Shown: positions 61,199 through 64,000 of the stretch, in pieces
Numbering within the stretch: the first letter of the stretch is position 1
Layout of the letters: each line of letters opens with the position of its first letter
Position numbers and translations under genes: made by a program
The notes under the pieces: model-generated
Told to the model about the DNA's origin: nothing
Databases searched by the model: none
Seen by the model: only the letters and a program-made list of their open reading frames with translations
Origin: Azolla caroliniana
Lineage: Eukaryota > Plantae > Polypodiophyta
Direction: 5' to 3'
NCBI GenBank assembly: GCA_043228905.1
Contig: JBHGNT010000004.1
Span: 19,778,001 to 19,842,000, forward strand
Length of the DNA stretch: 64,000 nt

Positions 61199-64000
61199 TG
61201 TCAGGAATAGTACTAAAGCAGAGATGGAATTAGTACTAAGAAGAGCAGTACTATTTGTACTAAGAGGACGGGACTGTGTAAGATTCCCGAGAGAGGAAGT
61301 GAGAAGAGGAGAGAGATAGCGAGGATGAGAGAGAGAGAAAGATGATGACAGCAGCTAATATATTATGTGAAAAGATAAGTACAAAGCGGCTAATAGGCTT
61401 AAGATTGGCGTTGAACCAATTTGGTTCAACATAATGCCTAGTGCCTTCTTTTATAGTGTTGTCAGGAGTAATCCTGAAACTTCTAGAATGTTCCAGAGAA
61501 ATCTGGAATATACATTATTTTCTTATAATAAAACATAAATGAAAATAATATCCTATGAATTACAATAGATGGTGTGATGGTTAAGAGCTAGACCCATATA
61601 CCATAAGGTCATGGGTTTGAGTCTTGCCATATCATGACACTATCTCCCCCTTAAAGACGACGAGTGGAACGAGTCGGCACTGATTGCAGACCGGGTTTGT
61701 CCGGATACTTTCGGTGGAAATCAGCAAGTAGATCCTAAGCATTGGCAACATGCTCGACGGGTTCCCAAGTGCGTTCGCCCGGACTATAACCAAGCCAATC
61801 GACCAAATAATAAAGTTTGTTGCGAATAAGTTTGGAATCGAGGATGGCAGCAACTTTATACTCCGGGCTGGCGTCCAACTCCAACGGGGGCGGCGGTGGT
61901 GTAACACGATCGGGAATGGTATTTGCTTTATAAGGTTCAAGAAGAGAACAATGGAAAACCGGATGTATCTGAAGCCGCGGAGGGAGATCAAGGCGAAATG
62001 TGACATCATTAACCTTACCCGTAATACGGAAAGGACCGAGTCGTCGATAATCCAACTTGTCGCATAGTCGAGTAGTCTTGATGTGACGACGTAAGAGCCA
62101 TACTCGATCTCCGATGGCAAAAGAGGAGGGAAGCCGATGACGATCTGCGTAAGTCTTCTGTGTCTGTTGAGCATGACGAAGATGAGTCGAGAGATCTGTC
62201 TGGATCTTGCGTAGTCTCTCCAAATGATCCCCAGCACGAGGATTGGTAGGTAGATCCGAGGTGTCGATCGCCGACCAACGAGGATGAGAACTGGTATAAG
62301 CGTAGAATGGGGAGACTCGAGTCGAGGAGTAAACAACATTATTATACGCAAACTCCGCAAAGTGGAGAATCTCGCCCCAATCGTCCTGTTGATAACTCAG
62401 GAAACACCGGAGATATTGCTCCAGCGTTTGGTTTGTTCGTTCCGCCTGCCCATTGGTTTGAGGATGGTAGCCGGAGGAGAGGTTGCAAGAGAGCTTGAGC
62501 ATCTTGAAGAGATGCTGTCAAAATTTGGAGACAAATTGCGGTCCTCGGTCACTGATGATACTGTCTAGGAGGCCATGATGCCGAAATACCTCACGCATGA
62601 CTAGGGCGGCGGTTTCCTCGCTAGTGATGGCCTTAGTACACGGAACAAAATGTGCCATCTTCGTATATCGATCAACGACGGTTAAGATAGCATCGAACCC
62701 CTGCGAGAACGGCAGATCTGTGATAAAATCAAGACAAATAGACTGCCACGGCTTACTTGGAATCGGTAAGGGTTCCAACAAGCCATATGGATGGTGTCGT
62801 GGCATCTTTGCTCGACAGCAAGCATCACAGGTCTGAACGTAGTCGTTGACAAAACGGCGCATGTGGGGCCATCAAAAAGATCGCTACACTAGCTCCAACG
62901 TCTTAGTACTATCGAAATGTCCCGCCGTATGGGTGTCGTGACAATGCTGGACGATTTGAAGGCGACAGGAGCAATCGGGGACATATACGCGCTTTTTAAA
63001 GAATAACAAACCATCATGATATTCGAATTGTCGGTAGTCAATACCTGGTTGTTGAGACTGAGAACAAGATGCCCGAGAAGTATCAATGTGCGCCAGGAGG
63101 TCTTGTGCAAAACTATCTGTCTTCAAGTTTGCACGTATGTCATCGGTAATCCGTGAATCCCTCGGGGTGTGAAAAATCCGCGTCGTGTGCAATCGTGTTG
63201 GTCCCAAGATTACTTGCTTTTGATTATCAAATGTTGGATCACCAGGACGAGGTGCAAGATATGAACGTCGTGATAGTGCATCTGCTTTTCCTTGCTGATT
63301 CCCCAGTCGATATGTGATTTTGAAGTCGAAATGCGTGAGGAATTGCGCCCATCGAGCTTGCCATCGATTTAATATGCGAGCGTTCTGGAAATAAGCAAGA
63401 TTTTTATGATCACTAAAGACAATGACCTGATGTGGAGAGCCCTCTAAGAAATGCCGCCATTGCACAAATGAATCCACGATGGCTAATAACTCCTTGTCAT
63501 GTATTTCGTAGTTGATTTCCGCGACATCGAATTTGCGCGAATGGAAAGCCACCGGATGCAACTCTTCTTTATCTCCTTGTTGAGAAAGGATGCTACCGAG
63601 GGCGAAATCAGAAGCATCGGCCTCCATGATGGATGGTTTGTTGGTATCCACATGAGCTAGAATCGGTGCTGATGTAAAGGCTTTCTTAAGATGCCAAAAA
63701 GCCATATCTGCTTCAATGGACCAAAGAAATGCTTGGCCCTTCTTCATAAGTTGTGTGAGGGGTAAAATAATCTTCGAGTAATCCTGTATAAACTTACGGT
63801 AGAAATTAGCAAAACCTAGAAAACATTGTACATCTCATACCGACCGTGGAATTTGCCACTCTAGTACAGTTTGGACTTTAGCTGGATCCATGGCGATGCC
63901 CTTTGAGGAGATGACGTAGCCTAGAAATTCCACTTGCTTGCAGTCAAAGCTACATTTTTCTAGCTTGGCATAAAGACCATTCTCGCGGAGTCGCTTTAGT
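61199..64000 (-). mobile_element. Ty3/Gypsy chromovirus (Tcn1-like): RT end, RNaseH, integrase, chromodomain, PPT, 3' LTR 61199-61639
   Basis: EADASDFALG..NYEIHDKELLAI RNaseH, YHPQTNGQAER integrase and a GPF motif. Chromodomain EYKVAAILDSK..YLVDWLGY..TWEP. PPT AAGGGGGAGATAG is followed by TGTCATGA. The element runs off the window end. Confidence 0.93.

Overview
Eukaryotic plant genomic DNA, probably from a non-seed land plant such as a fern, lycophyte or bryophyte (inferred from Phygy-like and Tcn1-like LTR lineages). It holds one apparently intact host gene, a two-exon UDP-glycosyltransferase (2643-5481), followed by about 57 kb of nested and decayed transposons. These include Copia elements (two full-length with TSDs), a non-autonomous tRNA-Trp-primed Gypsy arranged LTR-int-LTR-int, Gypsy pol fragments, a chromovirus, solo LTRs, LINEs and hAT MITEs. 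Buried under the retroelements are two related large DNA-transposon-like units built around a DDD/E transposase (IDGMD...QLDN...GHTH motifs, DUF7869/Sola1-like) with a C-terminal BAH/Tudor-like domain. Unit 1 has, divergently transcribed, a six-exon gene for a ParB-like domain fused to a prokaryote-type beta-class N6-adenine/N4-cytosine DNA methyltransferase. Its first intron contains an array of eight 33-bp palindromes at 51-bp spacing. Unit 2 has a convergent spliced RING-finger gene with about 52-bp arrays of the palindrome TAGCTAATTAGCTA. All copies here are pseudogenised, and I could not identify the units' terminal repeats. The architecture nevertheless suggests a family of cargo-carrying transposons with their own DNA-methylation writer and palindromic binding arrays.
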